Part shown: positions 35,850 to 47,377 of the stretch, piece after piece
How positions within the stretch are numbered: position 1 is the first letter of the stretch
Layout: each line of letters opens with the position of its first letter
Assembly (NCBI GenBank): GCA_036496555.1
Contig: DASXKY010000066.1
Coordinates: 5,834-69,833 of the forward strand
Length of the DNA stretch: 64,000 nucleotides
Direction of reading: 5' to 3'
Origin: Burkholderiales bacterium
GTDB taxonomy: Bacteria > Pseudomonadota > Gammaproteobacteria > Burkholderiales > SG8-39
The notes under the pieces: model-generated
The model's input: only the letters and a program-made list of their open reading frames with translations
The model's database searches: none
What the model was told of the DNA's origin: nothing
Made by a program: the position numbers and the translations under genes

Positions 35850-36650
35850 ATGCATCCTTCCGGCATGAAGCTGAAATCGATGGTCTGCGCGCTGGGCGGC
35901 GCCGCGCTGCTCGCCGCCTGCGGCGCGCTCGCGCCGGTCGACGAACTCACCTGGTCGAGGGAGCTGGCGAGGACGCTGCCGCTCGAAGAAGGGCCGGTGG
36001 TCGAGGTGGCGCGCTTCTCGGAGCAGCGTCCCGGCGCGACCTACCTCGGCGAGTGGGAGCCTTGGGCGGTGGTGGAGGGCGGGGCGCCGACCGACTACCG
36101 CCTGGTCGAGAGCGACGGCGTGGTAGTGGTCGAGGCCGATTCCGGCCCCGAAGGCGGCTCGGCCTTTTTCCGCCGGATTCACATCGATCTGCACCGCACG
36201 CCGATCCTCGAGTGGCGCTGGCGCGTGCCGCGCGATTCGGGCGCCGGCGCCGTCTCGCGCGCGAGCCCGCCGGTGCGCCTGTCGCTTGCCTTCGACGGCG
36301 ACCCGGCGAAGCTCGACTTCGACGACCGGGCGAAGCTGCGCCTCGCCAAGGCGCTCACGGCTAACGGCCTGCCCTACGCCTCGCTGCTCTACGTTTGGCT
36401 GAACAGCCAGCCGGCGGAGACCATCTATTCGAGCCCCCACACCGAGCGCGTCCGCCACGTGGTGGTGGAAAGCGGCGAGAAGCGCCTCGACCAGTGGATC
36501 ACGGTGCGGCGCAACGTGCTGGAAGACTACCGGCGCGCATACGGCGAGGACCCGGGCGACATCGTCGCGGTCGGCATCATGACCGACTACGGCGACAACG
36601 GCGCGCCGCGACGCGCGCAGTACGGCGACATCACCTTCCGGCGTCGGTAG
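35850..36650 (+). CDS. DUF3047 domain protein (probable lipoprotein)
   Basis: ALGGAALLAAC lipobox, then TDYRLVESDGVVVVEADSGPEGGSAFFRRIHIDLHRTPILEWRWRV. Confidence 0.6.
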   Translation: MHPSGMKLKSMVCALGGAALLAACGALAPVDELTWSRELARTLPLEEGPVVEVARFSEQRPGATYLGEWEPWAVVEGGAPTDYRLVESDGVVVVEADSGPEGGSAFFRRIHIDLHRTPILEWRWRVPRDSGAGAVSRASPPVRLSLAFDGDPAKLDFDDRAKLRLAKALTANGLPYASLLYVWLNSQPAETIYSSPHTERVRHVVVESGEKRLDQWITVRRNVLEDYRRAYGEDPGDIVAVGIMTDYGDNGAPRRAQYGDITFRRR

Positions 36651-36693
36651 GCGCGCTCGCGGCACTCAAATTGCTGCGAGGGCAGGAGACGCC

Positions 36694-37119
36694 ATGGCCA
36701 GCCCGCTGCGCTTTTCAAGCTTCGCCCGCTCCATCGCGACGCTCGCGGGGCGTCCGGTCGTGTTCGCGCTGGCGATTCTCGGCGTGCTTGCCTGGGGCGC
36801 CACGGGGCCGCTCTTCGGCTACAGCGACACCTGGCAGCTCGTAATCAACACCACCACGACGATCATCACCTTCTTGATGGTGTTCGTGATCCAGAACACG
36901 CAGAACCGCGACACCGCAGCGATCCAGATCAAGCTCGACGAGCTGATCCGTGCCACGCAGGGCGCGCACAATGCGATGCTCGACCTTGAGCATCTCGAGG
37001 AGGAGGAGCTCGTGCAGTACCTCAAGCGATACGAAAAGCTCGCCGCCCTCGCGCGCGACAAGCTGAGGACCGGGCGGCTCGACGTCGACGTGCCCGAGAT
37101 CAAGTCGTCGGCTCGATAA
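36694..37119 (+). CDS. Low-affinity iron permease family (PF04120-like) membrane protein
   Basis: SDTWQLVINTTTTIITFLMVFVIQNTQNRDTAAIQIKLDELI. Confidence 0.65.
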   Translation: MASPLRFSSFARSIATLAGRPVVFALAILGVLAWGATGPLFGYSDTWQLVINTTTTIITFLMVFVIQNTQNRDTAAIQIKLDELIRATQGAHNAMLDLEHLEEEELVQYLKRYEKLAALARDKLRTGRLDVDVPEIKSSAR

Positions 37120-39616
37120 GCGTCGCCCACAGCTCGCGCACCGCTGCGGCGGGCGCGGCGGCGGCTGCGGGCGGCACGCGCGCGTAGCGGGCGCCATTCA
37201 GGCGCAGCGCGTGCTGCAGCCGCCGAAACTCGCGGTAGGCCTCGCGGCAGCGCTCGGCGAGCGCAGGCGGGATCAGACCGAGTTCCGCTGCCATGCCGAG
37301 CAGCGCGATGTTTCCAAGATTCTTTGTCAAAGAAGAAAATTCATCGGCGTGGCCGAGCACGAGGTACTGGATCGCGAACTCGATGTCGATCATGCCGCCG
37401 CGGTCGTGCTTGACGTCGAACAGGTCCGACTTGTTCGGATGCGCGGCGTGCATCTTTTCGCGCATCGCGAGGATTTCCCTAGCCAGATCGGATCGGTCGC
37501 GCGTTCTTTTCAATATTCTTTCGCGAATCGCCTCGAACTTCTCTCCCACCTTCGCGTCGCCGGCGCAGTAGCGCGCGCGGGTGAGCGCCTGGTGCTCCCA
37601 CACCCACGCGTCCTTCTCCTGATAGCGCTCGAAGGCTTCGACGGAGGACACCATCAGGCCTGATGCGCCGCTCGGCCGCAGCCGCAGATCGGTGTCGAAG
37701 AGCACGCCGGCCGAGGTGTGCGCGGTGAGCCAGTGGTTCATGCGCTGGGCGAGGCGCGCATAGGCCTCCGGCGCGCGCTCGTCGGCGTCGTCGTAAAGGA
37801 AAATGATGTCGAGGTCGGAGGCGTAGCCGAGCTCCTTGCCGCCGAGCTTGCCGTAGGCGATGACCGCGAACGCCGGTTCTTCGCGGTGGCGGACGCGCAG
37901 ATCCTGCCACACCACGCGCAGGACCTCGCCGAGCACGAGATCGGCCAGCGCCGACAGGTGGTCGGCGAGCCGCTCGACGGTGAGCAGCCCTGTGAGGTCC
38001 TGCGCGAGCAGGCGGAACACTTGCGCCTGGTGCAGCTCGCGCAGATCGTTCATCTGCCGCTCGGTGTCGCCAGCATGAGCTGCAAGCTGATTTTGTAGAT
38101 TCTTAGAGAAAAAACTTAAATCTATCGGCGCATACAGCACTCTGTCGTCGAGCAGCTCGTCGAGCAGCAGCGGATGGCGCGTGACGAAGGCCGCCGCCCA
38201 GCTCGAAGCGCCAATGATGCGTGCGACGCGCGCGAGGGCCGCCGGGTTCTCGGCGAGCAGCGCGAGGTAGGCGGCGCGGCTCGCCACGGCCTCGAGCAGG
38301 TCGGCGCCGCGCGCGATGGTCTCCTGCGGATCGGGCGTCGCCGCCGCGGCGCGCGCGAGCGCCGGCACCACCGCGTCGAGGCGCCGCCGCGAGTCCTCCG
38401 GCAGCGCGGCATAGCGCTGGCTCGCACGCAGCGCGGAGAGGCGCGGGTGCTCGGGCCAGGGCTCGACCGCCGCCTGCCTCTCCTCGGCGAACACCGCCTG
38501 GAAATGGCGGGTCACCGCGGCGCGATGGGTTTGCAGTTTTTCAGAGAACGAGAGCCATGACGGGAAGCCACACATCGCGGCGAGCAGATCGCAGTCCTCG
38601 CCTTCGGCCGGCAGCTCGTGGCGCTGCGCGTCGTCGAGGTACTGCAGGCGGTGCTCGACGTTCCTCAGGAAGACGTAGGCTTCACTCAGTTCCTGCGCGG
38701 CTTTTTCCGGCAGGAGATGCTTTTGTGAAAGCAAAGACAACACCGTGAGGGTCGGCTTCACGGTGAGCTCGGCATCGCGCCCGCCGCGGACGAGCTGCAG
38801 CGCCTGCGCGATGAACTCGATCTCGCGGATGCCGCCCGGACCGAGCTTGACGTTGCCGGCGAGTTCGCGCCGCTCCACTTCGCGGCGCACTTCGGCGTGC
38901 AGGCGGCGCATCGCCGTCAGCGTCGCGTAGTCGAGGTACTTGCGGAACACGAACGGCCGCACCGTGCGCTCGAGCGCCTCGCCGAGCGCACCGGTGAGCG
39001 GGCGCGCCTTGATCCAGGCGTAGCGCTCCCATTCGCGGCCCTGCGTGACGAAGTAGTGCTCGAGGAACTCGAGGTTGCAGGCGAGCGGGCCCGCATCGCC
39101 GTAGGGGCGCAGCCGCATGTCGACGCGGAACGCGAAGCCGTCGCCGGTGGTCTCAGACAGGAGCCGGATCAGCGCTCGGCCGGCGCGCTCGTAGCGCTCG
39201 CCGGCGTCCGCCTCGCCCGGATGCACGAACACGAGGTCGATGTCGGACGAAACGTTGAGCTCGCGGCCGCCGAGCTTGCCCATGCCGATCACGGCGAGCT
39301 CCTCGCAGCGCGCGAAGCGCAGGCAGGCGGCGATCGAGCACTCGGCGAGGTCGCTCATCGTGCCGCACACCTCGTCGAGGCTTGCGCGGCCCGTCAGGTC
39401 GCGCGCCATCACGCGCAGCAGCACGCGCTGGCGCAGGCGCCGCAGGCGAGCCTGCAGCGCGGCGAAGTCGTCCGCGTCGGCGCCGGCGAGCGCGGCGGCC
39501 ATCTCGGCGCGAGCGAACGGCGGCGCCGACGCGCCGGCTTCGGCCGCGAGCTCCGGACGCGCCGCGAGCAGTCGCCGCGCATAGCGCGAGCGGGTTATTT
39601 CCTCAATCGGATCCAA
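37100..39616 (-). CDS. glnE: Bifunctional glutamine synthetase adenylyltransferase / adenylyl-removing enzyme
   Basis: Two nucleotidyltransferase halves (GMGKLGGRELNVSSDIDLVFV and YGKLGGKELGYASDLDIIFLY). 838 aa. The 3' end overlaps the convergent permease-family gene by 20 nt. Confidence 0.9.
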   Translation of the reverse strand: MDPIEEITRSRYARRLLAARPELAAEAGASAPPFARAEMAAALAGADADDFAALQARLRRLRQRVLLRVMARDLTGRASLDEVCGTMSDLAECSIAACLRFARCEELAVIGMGKLGGRELNVSSDIDLVFVHPGEADAGERYERAGRALIRLLSETTGDGFAFRVDMRLRPYGDAGPLACNLEFLEHYFVTQGREWERYAWIKARPLTGALGEALERTVRPFVFRKYLDYATLTAMRRLHAEVRREVERRELAGNVKLGPGGIREIEFIAQALQLVRGGRDAELTVKPTLTVLSLLSQKHLLPEKAAQELSEAYVFLRNVEHRLQYLDDAQRHELPAEGEDCDLLAAMCGFPSWLSFSEKLQTHRAAVTRHFQAVFAEERQAAVEPWPEHPRLSALRASQRYAALPEDSRRRLDAVVPALARAAAATPDPQETIARGADLLEAVASRAAYLALLAENPAALARVARIIGASSWAAAFVTRHPLLLDELLDDRVLYAPIDLSFFSKNLQNQLAAHAGDTERQMNDLRELHQAQVFRLLAQDLTGLLTVERLADHLSALADLVLGEVLRVVWQDLRVRHREEPAFAVIAYGKLGGKELGYASDLDIIFLYDDADERAPEAYARLAQRMNHWLTAHTSAGVLFDTDLRLRPSGASGLMVSSVEAFERYQEKDAWVWEHQALTRARYCAGDAKVGEKFEAIRERILKRTRDRSDLAREILAMREKMHAAHPNKSDLFDVKHDRGGMIDIEFAIQYLVLGHADEFSSLTKNLGNIALLGMAAELGLIPPALAERCREAYREFRRLQHALRLNGARYARVPPAAAAAPAAAVRELWATLIEPTT

Positions 39617-39666
39617 GGTCTACGGTTAAAATGAATCGCGCGTGGGTGTCAAACGTTAATTCCACC

Positions 39667-42600
39667 ATGAAGTGGCTCTGGCGAGCGATAGAGGTTCTCG
39701 CCTGGACGGCGCTTTTCGCGTTCGCCAGCCTGGTGCTCGCGCTGCGCTTCTGGGTGCTTCCCAACGTCGAACGGTACCGCGCCGAGATCGTTTCGGCGGT
39801 GGCGGGCGCACTCGGCCGGCCGGTAAAGATCGGCGCCATCGACGCCGGCTGGGACGGCCTGCGGCCGCAGATCGGCTTCAGCGACGTGCGCATCTTCGAC
39901 GGCGAGGGCCGCGAGGCGCTGGTGCTGCCGCGGGTGGAGAGCGTGGTGGCGTGGAATTCGCTCCTGCACGGCGACCTGCGCCTGTTCTCGCTCGCCGTCG
40001 AGGCGCCGCGGCTGGTCGTGCGGCGCGACCAGGAAGGGCGCTTCTACGTTGCCGGCCTGAGGCTCGGCGAGCACTCGGGCCAGGGTCGCGGCAGCGACTG
40101 GATCCTCGCGCAGCACGAGATCCTGGTGCACGGCGCGGAGATCGAATGGCGCGACGAGCTGCGCGGCGCGCCGCCGCTCGTTCTGCGCAGCCTGACGCTG
40201 CGCGTGCGCAATACGGACGACGAGCACGCGGTGGGCGTCACCGCGCAGCCTCCGCCCGAGCTCGCCGCGACCCTCGAGCTGCGCGCGACGCTCGGCGGGC
40301 ACACGCTGAACGACCTCACCGCCTGGAACGGGCGCATTTACGCCGAGGTCGGCTATACCGATCTCGCCGCGTGGCGTCCATGGTTCGACTATCCGATCAA
40401 CATCCGTGAGGGGCAAGGCGCGCTGCGCGTTTGGGCGTCGCTGCGCAACGGCACGGTGACCGAGGGCACCGCCGACCTTGCGCTCGCCGGCGTGCGCGCG
40501 AGCCTCGGCGACGAGCTCGACCCGCTCGAGCTGGTCTCGCTGCAAGGCCGCGTGCACGGACGCGCGCTCGCCGACGGCGTCGAACTGTCCGGCCGCGGTC
40601 TTGCGCTCGTCATGGAGCGAGGGCGGTCGATCCCGCCGACCGATTTCGAGATCGTCTGGCGGCCGCAGGCGGGCGGCGCGCTGGCGGCGAGCCTGATCGA
40701 CCTCGAGGCGACGGCGGGCATCGTCGAGGCGCTGCCGGTGCCGCCGCAGCTCGCGGGCATCCTGCGCGAGCTGCAGCCGCGCGGGCGGCTCGTCGACTCG
40801 CGCCTGGAGTGGACCGGCCCGTTCGACGCGCCCAGGCGCCTCTCGGCGCGCAGCCGCTTCAGCGACCTCGCCCTGCGCCCGACCGGCGTGATCCCCGGCT
40901 TCAGCGGGCTCGACGGCAGCGTCGAGGCGACCGAGGCGAAAGGCACGCTTACGCTCAACACGCGCAAGGGCGAGTTCGAGCTGCCGAAGGTGTTTACCGA
41001 GCCGCGCCTGTTTCTCGAGACGCTGAACGGCCGCCTCGAATGGCAGCGCCAGGGCGGCGCCCTGATAGTGCAGTCGCCCGCGCTCACCTTCGCCAACGCC
41101 GACCTGAGCGGCACGGTGAACGGCTCCTATACGTACACCGGCGAAGGGCCGGGCAGCTCGGACCTGTCGGTGCTGCTCAGCCGCGTCGACGGCCGCCAGG
41201 TGGGCCGCTACCTGCCCCTCGGCACGATCATGGGACCGGGCACACACGACTGGATCGTGCGCTCGGTGCTCGACGGGCAGGGCAGCGACGTGCGGCTGCG
41301 TCTGCGCGGCGACTTGCGCCAGTTTCCCTTCAACGACCCGGCGAGCGGCGAGTTCCGCATCTCCGCGCGCGTCGAGCGCGGGGTGCTGCGCTACGCCGAG
41401 GGCTGGCCGGAGATCCGCGACATCGACGCCGACCTGCTGTTCGAGAGAAAGCGCATGGAGGTCGCCGCCCGCGGCGGCACGGTCCTCGGGGCGCGCCTGG
41501 GCAACGTGCGCGCGAGCGTCGCCGAGCTCGGCCGCAACGCGCACCTCGTCATCTCGGGCCAGGCGAGCGGCCCGACCGCCTCGTTCCTCAAGTACCTGCA
41601 GGAGAGCCCGCTGTCGCAGCGGCTGCACGGCTTCACCGACAGCATGACCGTGCACGGCGACGGCCGGCTGCTGCTGCGGCTCGACCTCGCGCTCGCGGAC
41701 ATGGAAAAGACGCAGGTTCAGGGCGACTACGAGTTCTCGTCGAACGACATCGTGCTGCACCCGGCGATCCCGCCGATCGAGCGCGCCGCGGGCAAGCTCG
41801 GCTTTACCGAGTCGACGCTATCGGCGAACAACGTGCGCGGCCGCCTGGCCGGCGGCGCAGTGCACGTCGAAGGCGGGCCGAAGCCCGACGGCGGCCTCGA
41901 GTTCGTCGCGCGCGGCGACGCGCGCGGCGACGCGCTGCCGCTCGACGAGCCGTTCCACGGCCGGTTGTCGGGCATTCTGCGCTACACGGCACGCGTCGCG
42001 CTGAGCGAGGGGCAGGCGCGCTTCACGATCGACTCCCCGCTCGTCGGCCTGGCGAGCGCGCTGCCGGCGCCGTTCACGAAGAGCGCCGCCGCCTCGCTGC
42101 CGCTGCACGTCGAGATCCATCCGGGGGGCGAAAGCGGCCGCGACCGCATCTCGGCGACGCTCGGCCGGCTTGCCGCAGCCGAGATCCTGCGCCGGCGGCA
42201 GGGCAACGAGATGGTGGTGCAGCGCGCCGCGCTGTGGATGTCGCCCGCGCCGGGGCAGCCGATCCGGCTGCCCGAGCGGCCCGGCATGCTGGTCTACGGC
42301 ACGCTGCCGTCCCTCGACCTCGACCGCTGGCTCGCGCTGCCCGGCGGCCGCGGCGGCGGCAGCGCCTCGATTGACGTGCGCATCGGCACGCTCGACGCGC
42401 TCGGCAAGCGCTTCAACAAGGTGGCGGTGCGCGCCGGCGCCGACGCCGCCGGCTGGTCGGCGAGCGTGGGCGCGGAGGAGGCGGCGGGCGAGCTCTCGTA
42501 TCGCAACGCGGGCGGCGGCCGACTTACCGCGCGGCTCGAGCGCCTGAGCGTGCCGCAGGATTCGCCCGGCACGCGGCCGCAGGCGGGCGCGGTGCAACAG

Positions 42601-43431
42601 AACCTGCCGGCGCTCGACTTCGTCGCCGAGCAGTTCTCGTTCGGCGACAAGCCGCTCGGCCGCGTCGAGATCCAGGCGCAGCGCGCCGGCGCCGACTGGC
42701 GCGTCGACAAGCTGGCGATGCAGAACCCCGACGCCTCGCTCACCGCCAAGGGCCTCTGGCGCCGGGGCGTCGCCCAGAACACCACGGTCGACTTCGACCT
42801 GCAGGCGGCCGACGCGGGCAAGTTCCTCGGCCGCGTCGGCAGCCCCGGCCTGCTGCGCGGCGGCCGCGTGCACCTGCAAGGCATGCTGACCTGGAACGGC
42901 GAGCCGACCGCGATCGACTACCCGAGCCTGTCGGGCGACATGCAGATGCAGGCCGAAGACGGCCAGTTCCTCGAGGTCGATCCCGGCCTCGGCAAGCTGA
43001 TCTCGCTCATGAACCTGCAGGCGCTGCCGCGCCGCGTCGCGCTCGACTTCCGCGACGTGTTCTCGAAAGGCTTCCAGTTCGACCGCATCACCTCGAGCAG
43101 CCATGTCGAGCGCGGGGTCATGGCGATCCACGACTTCCGCATGCGCGGCTCGGCGGCGCAGGTCGAGATGTCGGGCAGCGTCGACGTCGCGCGCGAGACA
43201 CAGGACCTGAAAGTGCGCATCATCCCCAGTCTTGGCGACACCGCCGCGGCGGTGCTCGCCTTCGTCAACCCGCTGCTGCTCTTTCCTGCGGCGCTGGCGC
43301 AGCGCATCTTGAAAGATCCGCTCGGGCACATATTTTCCTTTGAGTACGCCGTGACCGGCACCTGGTCCGACCCGACGGTGAAACGCACCAACGTCGACGT
43401 GCGCACGGTGACGCCGAACGATTCCAGATAG
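39667..43431 (+). CDS. yhdP: YhdP-family (AsmA-like, DUF3971) large envelope protein
   Basis: N-terminal [34 protein letters not shown]. About 1250 aa with the conserved C-terminal block [15 protein letters not shown]...GTWSDP. Alternative ATG at 39631. Confidence 0.8.
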   Translation: MKWLWRAIEVLAWTALFAFASLVLALRFWVLPNVERYRAEIVSAVAGALGRPVKIGAIDAGWDGLRPQIGFSDVRIFDGEGREALVLPRVESVVAWNSLLHGDLRLFSLAVEAPRLVVRRDQEGRFYVAGLRLGEHSGQGRGSDWILAQHEILVHGAEIEWRDELRGAPPLVLRSLTLRVRNTDDEHAVGVTAQPPPELAATLELRATLGGHTLNDLTAWNGRIYAEVGYTDLAAWRPWFDYPINIREGQGALRVWASLRNGTVTEGTADLALAGVRASLGDELDPLELVSLQGRVHGRALADGVELSGRGLALVMERGRSIPPTDFEIVWRPQAGGALAASLIDLEATAGIVEALPVPPQLAGILRELQPRGRLVDSRLEWTGPFDAPRRLSARSRFSDLALRPTGVIPGFSGLDGSVEATEAKGTLTLNTRKGEFELPKVFTEPRLFLETLNGRLEWQRQGGALIVQSPALTFANADLSGTVNGSYTYTGEGPGSSDLSVLLSRVDGRQVGRYLPLGTIMGPGTHDWIVRSVLDGQGSDVRLRLRGDLRQFPFNDPASGEFRISARVERGVLRYAEGWPEIRDIDADLLFERKRMEVAARGGTVLGARLGNVRASVAELGRNAHLVISGQASGPTASFLKYLQESPLSQRLHGFTDSMTVHGDGRLLLRLDLALADMEKTQVQGDYEFSSNDIVLHPAIPPIERAAGKLGFTESTLSANNVRGRLAGGAVHVEGGPKPDGGLEFVARGDARGDALPLDEPFHGRLSGILRYTARVALSEGQARFTIDSPLVGLASALPAPFTKSAAASLPLHVEIHPGGESGRDRISATLGRLAAAEILRRRQGNEMVVQRAALWMSPAPGQPIRLPERPGMLVYGTLPSLDLDRWLALPGGRGGGSASIDVRIGTLDALGKRFNKVAVRAGADAAGWSASVGAEEAAGELSYRNAGGGRLTARLERLSVPQDSPGTRPQAGAVQQNLPALDFVAEQFSFGDKPLGRVEIQAQRAGADWRVDKLAMQNPDASLTAKGLWRRGVAQNTTVDFDLQAADAGKFLGRVGSPGLLRGGRVHLQGMLTWNGEPTAIDYPSLSGDMQMQAEDGQFLEVDPGLGKLISLMNLQALPRRVALDFRDVFSKGFQFDRITSSSHVERGVMAIHDFRMRGSAAQVEMSGSVDVARETQDLKVRIIPSLGDTAAAVLAFVNPLLLFPAALAQRILKDPLGHIFSFEYAVTGTWSDPTVKRTNVDVRTVTPNDSR

Positions 43432-43445
43432 GAGAAAATAGGCCC

Positions 43446-44879
43446 TTGCTTCTCGATACCGCCACCAGCACCCTCCTGACCCCGTTCGACCTCGAGACCG
43501 GCAAGCTCGAGCGCGTCTTCGGTACGCTCGCCGGGCGCAAGGTCGACTATGCCGACCTCTACTTCCAGTACTCGCGCTACGAGGGCTGGAGCCTGGAGGA
43601 GGGCATCGTCAAGAGCGGCAGCTTCAACATCGAGCAGGGCGTTGGCGTGCGCGCCGTGTCGGGCGAGAAGACCGCCTTCGCCTACTCGGACGAGATCAGC
43701 TTCGACGCGCTGCAGGACGCGGCGAAGGCGGCGCGCGCCATTGCCGCTGCAGGACAGGTTCGTCGTGTAAAAGCTTCTTCTGAAAAATCAGAAATAGTCC
43801 CTCTGTACAAGGAAGTGGATCCGATCGCGTCGCTGCCGTCGCAGGACAAGGTCGCGCTGCTGGAGAAGCTCGAGAAGAAGTGCCGCGCGCTCGACCCGCG
43901 CGTCACGCAGGTGATGGCGAGTCTCGGCGGCGAATACGAAGTCGTGCTGATCGCGCGCGCCGACGGCGGCGTCGCCGCCGACGTGCGGCCGCTGGTGCGG
44001 CTGTCGGTGCAGGTGATCGCCGAGCAGAACGGCCGGCGCGAGTCCGGCTCGGGCGGCGGCGGCGGGCGCACCGACTACTCGCACTTCACCGACGCGGCGC
44101 TCGACCAGTATGCGAAGCAGGCGGTCTCGCAGGCGCTCGCCAACCTCGAGGCGCGCCCGGCGCCGGCGGGAACCATGACCGTCGTGCTCGGCCCGGGTTG
44201 GCCCGGCGTGCTGCTGCACGAGGCGGTCGGCCACGGTCTCGAAGGCGACTTCAACCGCAAGGGCAGCTCGGCGTTCGCCGGGCGCATGGGCCAGCGCGTT
44301 GCTTCACCCGGCGTCACCGTGGTCGACGACGGCACGCTGCCCGGGCGGCGCGGCTCGCTCACCATCGACGACGAGGGCACGCCGACCAGCCGCACGGTGC
44401 TGATCGAGGACGGCGTGCTGCGCGGCTACCTGCAGGACAGCCTGAACGCGCGCCTGATGAAGATGCCGCTCACCGGCAACGCGCGGCGCGAGTCGTTCGC
44501 CCACATGACGATGCCGCGCATGACCAATACTTATATGCTGGCCGGCCCGCACGATCCGCAGGAAATCATCCGCAGCGTGAAGAAGGGCCTCTACGCCACC
44601 AATTTCGGCGGCGGCCAGGTCGACATCACCAACGGCAAGTTCGTCTTCTCGACCGCCGAGGCGTATCTCATCGAGGATGGCAAGGTGACGCAGCCGGTGA
44701 AGGGCGCGACGCTGATCGGCAACGGCCCCGACGCGCTCACGCGCGTGGCGATGATCGGCAACGACCTCGCGCTCGATTCCGGCATCGGCACCTGCGGCAA
44801 GGAAGGCCAGAGCGTGCCGGTCGGCGTCGGCCAGCCGACGCTGCGCATCGACGGTTTGACGGTGGGAGGCACGGCCTGA
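43446..44879 (+). CDS. tldD: Metalloprotease TldD
   Basis: Collinear with E. coli TldD ([35 protein letters not shown]). TTG 43446 lies 11 nt after GGAG. Confidence 0.9.
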   Translation: MLLDTATSTLLTPFDLETGKLERVFGTLAGRKVDYADLYFQYSRYEGWSLEEGIVKSGSFNIEQGVGVRAVSGEKTAFAYSDEISFDALQDAAKAARAIAAAGQVRRVKASSEKSEIVPLYKEVDPIASLPSQDKVALLEKLEKKCRALDPRVTQVMASLGGEYEVVLIARADGGVAADVRPLVRLSVQVIAEQNGRRESGSGGGGGRTDYSHFTDAALDQYAKQAVSQALANLEARPAPAGTMTVVLGPGWPGVLLHEAVGHGLEGDFNRKGSSAFAGRMGQRVASPGVTVVDDGTLPGRRGSLTIDDEGTPTSRTVLIEDGVLRGYLQDSLNARLMKMPLTGNARRESFAHMTMPRMTNTYMLAGPHDPQEIIRSVKKGLYATNFGGGQVDITNGKFVFSTAEAYLIEDGKVTQPVKGATLIGNGPDALTRVAMIGNDLALDSGIGTCGKEGQSVPVGVGQPTLRIDGLTVGGTA

Positions 44880-44903
44880 GGTTTCGCTAGAGGAGGAGGG
44901 GAC

Positions 44904-45935
44904 ATGAGAAGCACGCTTGCCTTGTTGCTGCTCGGCCTTGCCGGCGCTGCGTTCGCCGCCGGACCGCAAGTCGCGATGGAAGAGTTCATGGTGCCGGCTG
45001 CGGATCCTGGCATCCAGCTCTACGTCCGCAACAAACATCCGCGGGGCGCCAACAAGTTCCCGGCGGAGAAGATCCTCCTCTACGTGCACGGCGCGACGTA
45101 TCCGTCGGAGACGGCGTTCGATCTCCAGCTGAACGGGCTCTCTTGGATGGACTACATCGCGCAGCGCGGCTACGACGTCTACCTCGTCGATCTCCGCGGC
45201 TATGGCCGCTCGACGCGGCCGCCGGAAATGGACAAGCCAGCCGCCGAGAACGAGCCGATCGTGCGCACCGCCACCGCGGTCAAGGACGTCGGCGCGGCGG
45301 TCGACTTCATCCGCAAGCGCCGCGGCGTCGACAAGCTGAACCTCCTCGGCTGGTCGTGGGGCACCAGCATCATGGGCTGGTACACCGTCCAGAACAACGA
45401 CAAGGTGGCGAAGCTGGTGCTCTACGCGCCGCAGTGGATCCGCAACACCGCGTCGCTCACCGACAGCGGCGGCAAGCTCGGCGCGTACCGCAGTGTCTCG
45501 CGCGACGCGGCGAAGGCGCGCTGGCTCACCGGCGTGCCCGAGGACAAGAAGGCCGAGCTCATTCCGGCGGGCTGGTTCGAAGCCTGGGCCGACGCGACGT
45601 TCGCCACCGACCCCGTCGGCTCGAAGCAATCGCCGCAGGTGCTGCGCGCGCCGAACGGCGTGCAGCAGGACAGCCGAGAGTACTGGAGCGCCGGCAAGGC
45701 GCTCTACGATCCGGCCGGCATCCGCGTGCCGACCTTCCTCGCGCACGCCGAGTGGGATGCCGACCTGCCGAGCTACATGCTGCACGAGTACTTCGCCAAG
45801 CTGACCAATGCGCCGTACAAGCGCTACGTCCAGATCGGCGAGGGCACGCACACCGTGATCATGGAAAAGAACCGCATGCAGCTATTCCAGGCGGTGCAGC
45901 AGTTCCTCGACGAGAAGCTCGACCCGGGCCTGTGA
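44904..45935 (+). CDS. Secreted alpha/beta-fold hydrolase
   Basis: Signal peptide MRSTLALLLLGLAGAAFAAG. LLYVHGATY...LLGWSWGTSIMG (GxSxG-type elbow). GAGGAGGAGGGG lies upstream. Confidence 0.7.
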   Translation: MRSTLALLLLGLAGAAFAAGPQVAMEEFMVPAADPGIQLYVRNKHPRGANKFPAEKILLYVHGATYPSETAFDLQLNGLSWMDYIAQRGYDVYLVDLRGYGRSTRPPEMDKPAAENEPIVRTATAVKDVGAAVDFIRKRRGVDKLNLLGWSWGTSIMGWYTVQNNDKVAKLVLYAPQWIRNTASLTDSGGKLGAYRSVSRDAAKARWLTGVPEDKKAELIPAGWFEAWADATFATDPVGSKQSPQVLRAPNGVQQDSREYWSAGKALYDPAGIRVPTFLAHAEWDADLPSYMLHEYFAKLTNAPYKRYVQIGEGTHTVIMEKNRMQLFQAVQQFLDEKLDPGL

Positions 45936-46732
45936 CCTTCGCGGCGCGCGACCTTGCGGCGCGCATCCCCGACGGCGCGTTGCTCGCGCTGCCGCCGGAC
46001 TACTCCATCCCGGCGATGGAAGTGGTCAGGTGTTTGATAAGAAGAAAATCGAAGGGACTTCGGCTGCTCGGCGTCCCCATCCTGGGCATGAGCGCGGACC
46101 TGCTGATCGGCGCGGGCTGCGTGGTCGAAGTCGAGACAAGTGCCGTCTCGCTCGGCGAAGCCGGGCTCGCACCGCGCTTCACCGAAGCGGTGGAAGGTAA
46201 TCTCATCGAGGTGAAGGACGCCACCTGCCCGGCGATCCACGCCGCGCTGCAGGCGGCCGAGAAGGGCGTGAGCTTCATGCCGGTGCGCGGCATCGGCGCC
46301 TCCGACCTGGTGAAGGCGCGCAAGGACTGGATCGTCCAGGGCGAGGTCGTGCTGGTGCCGGCCGTCCGGCCCGACGTCGCGCTGTTCCACGCCCGCTGGG
46401 CCGACGACGCCGGCAATGTGTGGGTCGGCCGCCGCCGCGAGCTCGCCACCGCGGCGCACGCGGCGCGCGAGAGCTTCGTGACCTATGAGGAGAAGCGGGA
46501 AGGCGACATGCTCGAGGACGAGCTGCTCGCGCCTGGCGTGATCTCGTCGCTCTACGTTTCCGCGGTCGCGCAGGCGCCGCGCGGCGCCTGGCCGTTGGGC
46601 GTGCCGGGCGTCTATGGCGTCGACGACGCGCACCTCTCGCTGTACGCGAGAGCGGCAAAGACGCGCGAGGGTTTCGACCGCTACCTGGACGAATGGATCC
46701 TTACGCCAAGGAAGAGCTTCTCGCCTGCGTGA
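45932..46732 (+). CDS. CoA-transferase subunit A (glutaconate-CoA-transferase-like)
   Basis: GTG 45932 overlaps the hydrolase stop (GTGA). 266 aa. Family call from recall, with a paired B subunit downstream. Confidence 0.65.
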   Translation: MTFAARDLAARIPDGALLALPPDYSIPAMEVVRCLIRRKSKGLRLLGVPILGMSADLLIGAGCVVEVETSAVSLGEAGLAPRFTEAVEGNLIEVKDATCPAIHAALQAAEKGVSFMPVRGIGASDLVKARKDWIVQGEVVLVPAVRPDVALFHARWADDAGNVWVGRRRELATAAHAARESFVTYEEKREGDMLEDELLAPGVISSLYVSAVAQAPRGAWPLGVPGVYGVDDAHLSLYARAAKTREGFDRYLDEWILTPRKSFSPA

Positions 46733-47373
46733 TCGCGCGGCTGCTGGAGGGCGCGCGTCATGCGGCCATCGGCGCTTCGTCGCCCATTCCCGCTTCAGGA
46801 TGCTTTCTCAAGAAGATTTCCGATCCTTCCTTTCGCGTGTCGCTTCAACAACGGCGCGCGGCGAACCCCTTTACCGAGGGCTCGCGCGAGCTGTTCGATC
46901 TCGCCGGGCAGGGGCGCATCGACGTGTTCTTCCTCGGCGGCGCGCAGATCGACGGAACCGCGGCGATCAACCTGGTGCGCGCCGACGGCAGGCGCTTTCC
47001 CGGTTCCTTCGGTTCGGCCTACATGTATCCCGCCGTCAAGAACGTGATCCTCTTTCGCGAGGAGCACTCCCGGCGAACGCTGGTACCGAAGGTGGAGTTC
47101 GTCTCCGCGCGCGGCGACCCGCGCGCGCTGCTCACCGGCAAGGCGCTGTTCGGCTGGCAGAAGGATAAGCGCCGCTTCCGGCTGGAGAGCATTCACCCCG
47201 GCCACACCCTGGACGAGATCTTGCAAGATACGGGCTTCGATTTCGACCGTGGGGAAACGAAAATCACTGAACAGCCTTCAAAACAAGAGCTTTCGTCGCT
47301 GAGGGGGCCGGTCGCGAAAACGATTCAAGCGGACTACCCCGATTTCGCCCGCAAAGTATGGGGATTAAACTAA
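46693..47373 (+). CDS. CoA-transferase subunit B
   Basis: 226 aa, overlapping subunit A by 40 nt. Contains HAAIGASSPIPASG...DVFFLGGAQIDGTAAINLV. Confidence 0.6.
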   Translation: MDPYAKEELLACVIARLLEGARHAAIGASSPIPASGCFLKKISDPSFRVSLQQRRAANPFTEGSRELFDLAGQGRIDVFFLGGAQIDGTAAINLVRADGRRFPGSFGSAYMYPAVKNVILFREEHSRRTLVPKVEFVSARGDPRALLTGKALFGWQKDKRRFRLESIHPGHTLDEILQDTGFDFDRGETKITEQPSKQELSSLRGPVAKTIQADYPDFARKVWGLN

Positions 47374-47377
47374 CGTC

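Noticed and set aside
37100-39616. glnE as a possible truncated gene or pseudogene (838 aa versus about 946 aa in E. coli).
   Set aside because: The frame is intact and both nucleotidyltransferase domains are present. An upstream in-frame stop and the divergent yhdP gene fix the start. The shorter N-terminus is more likely lineage-specific.
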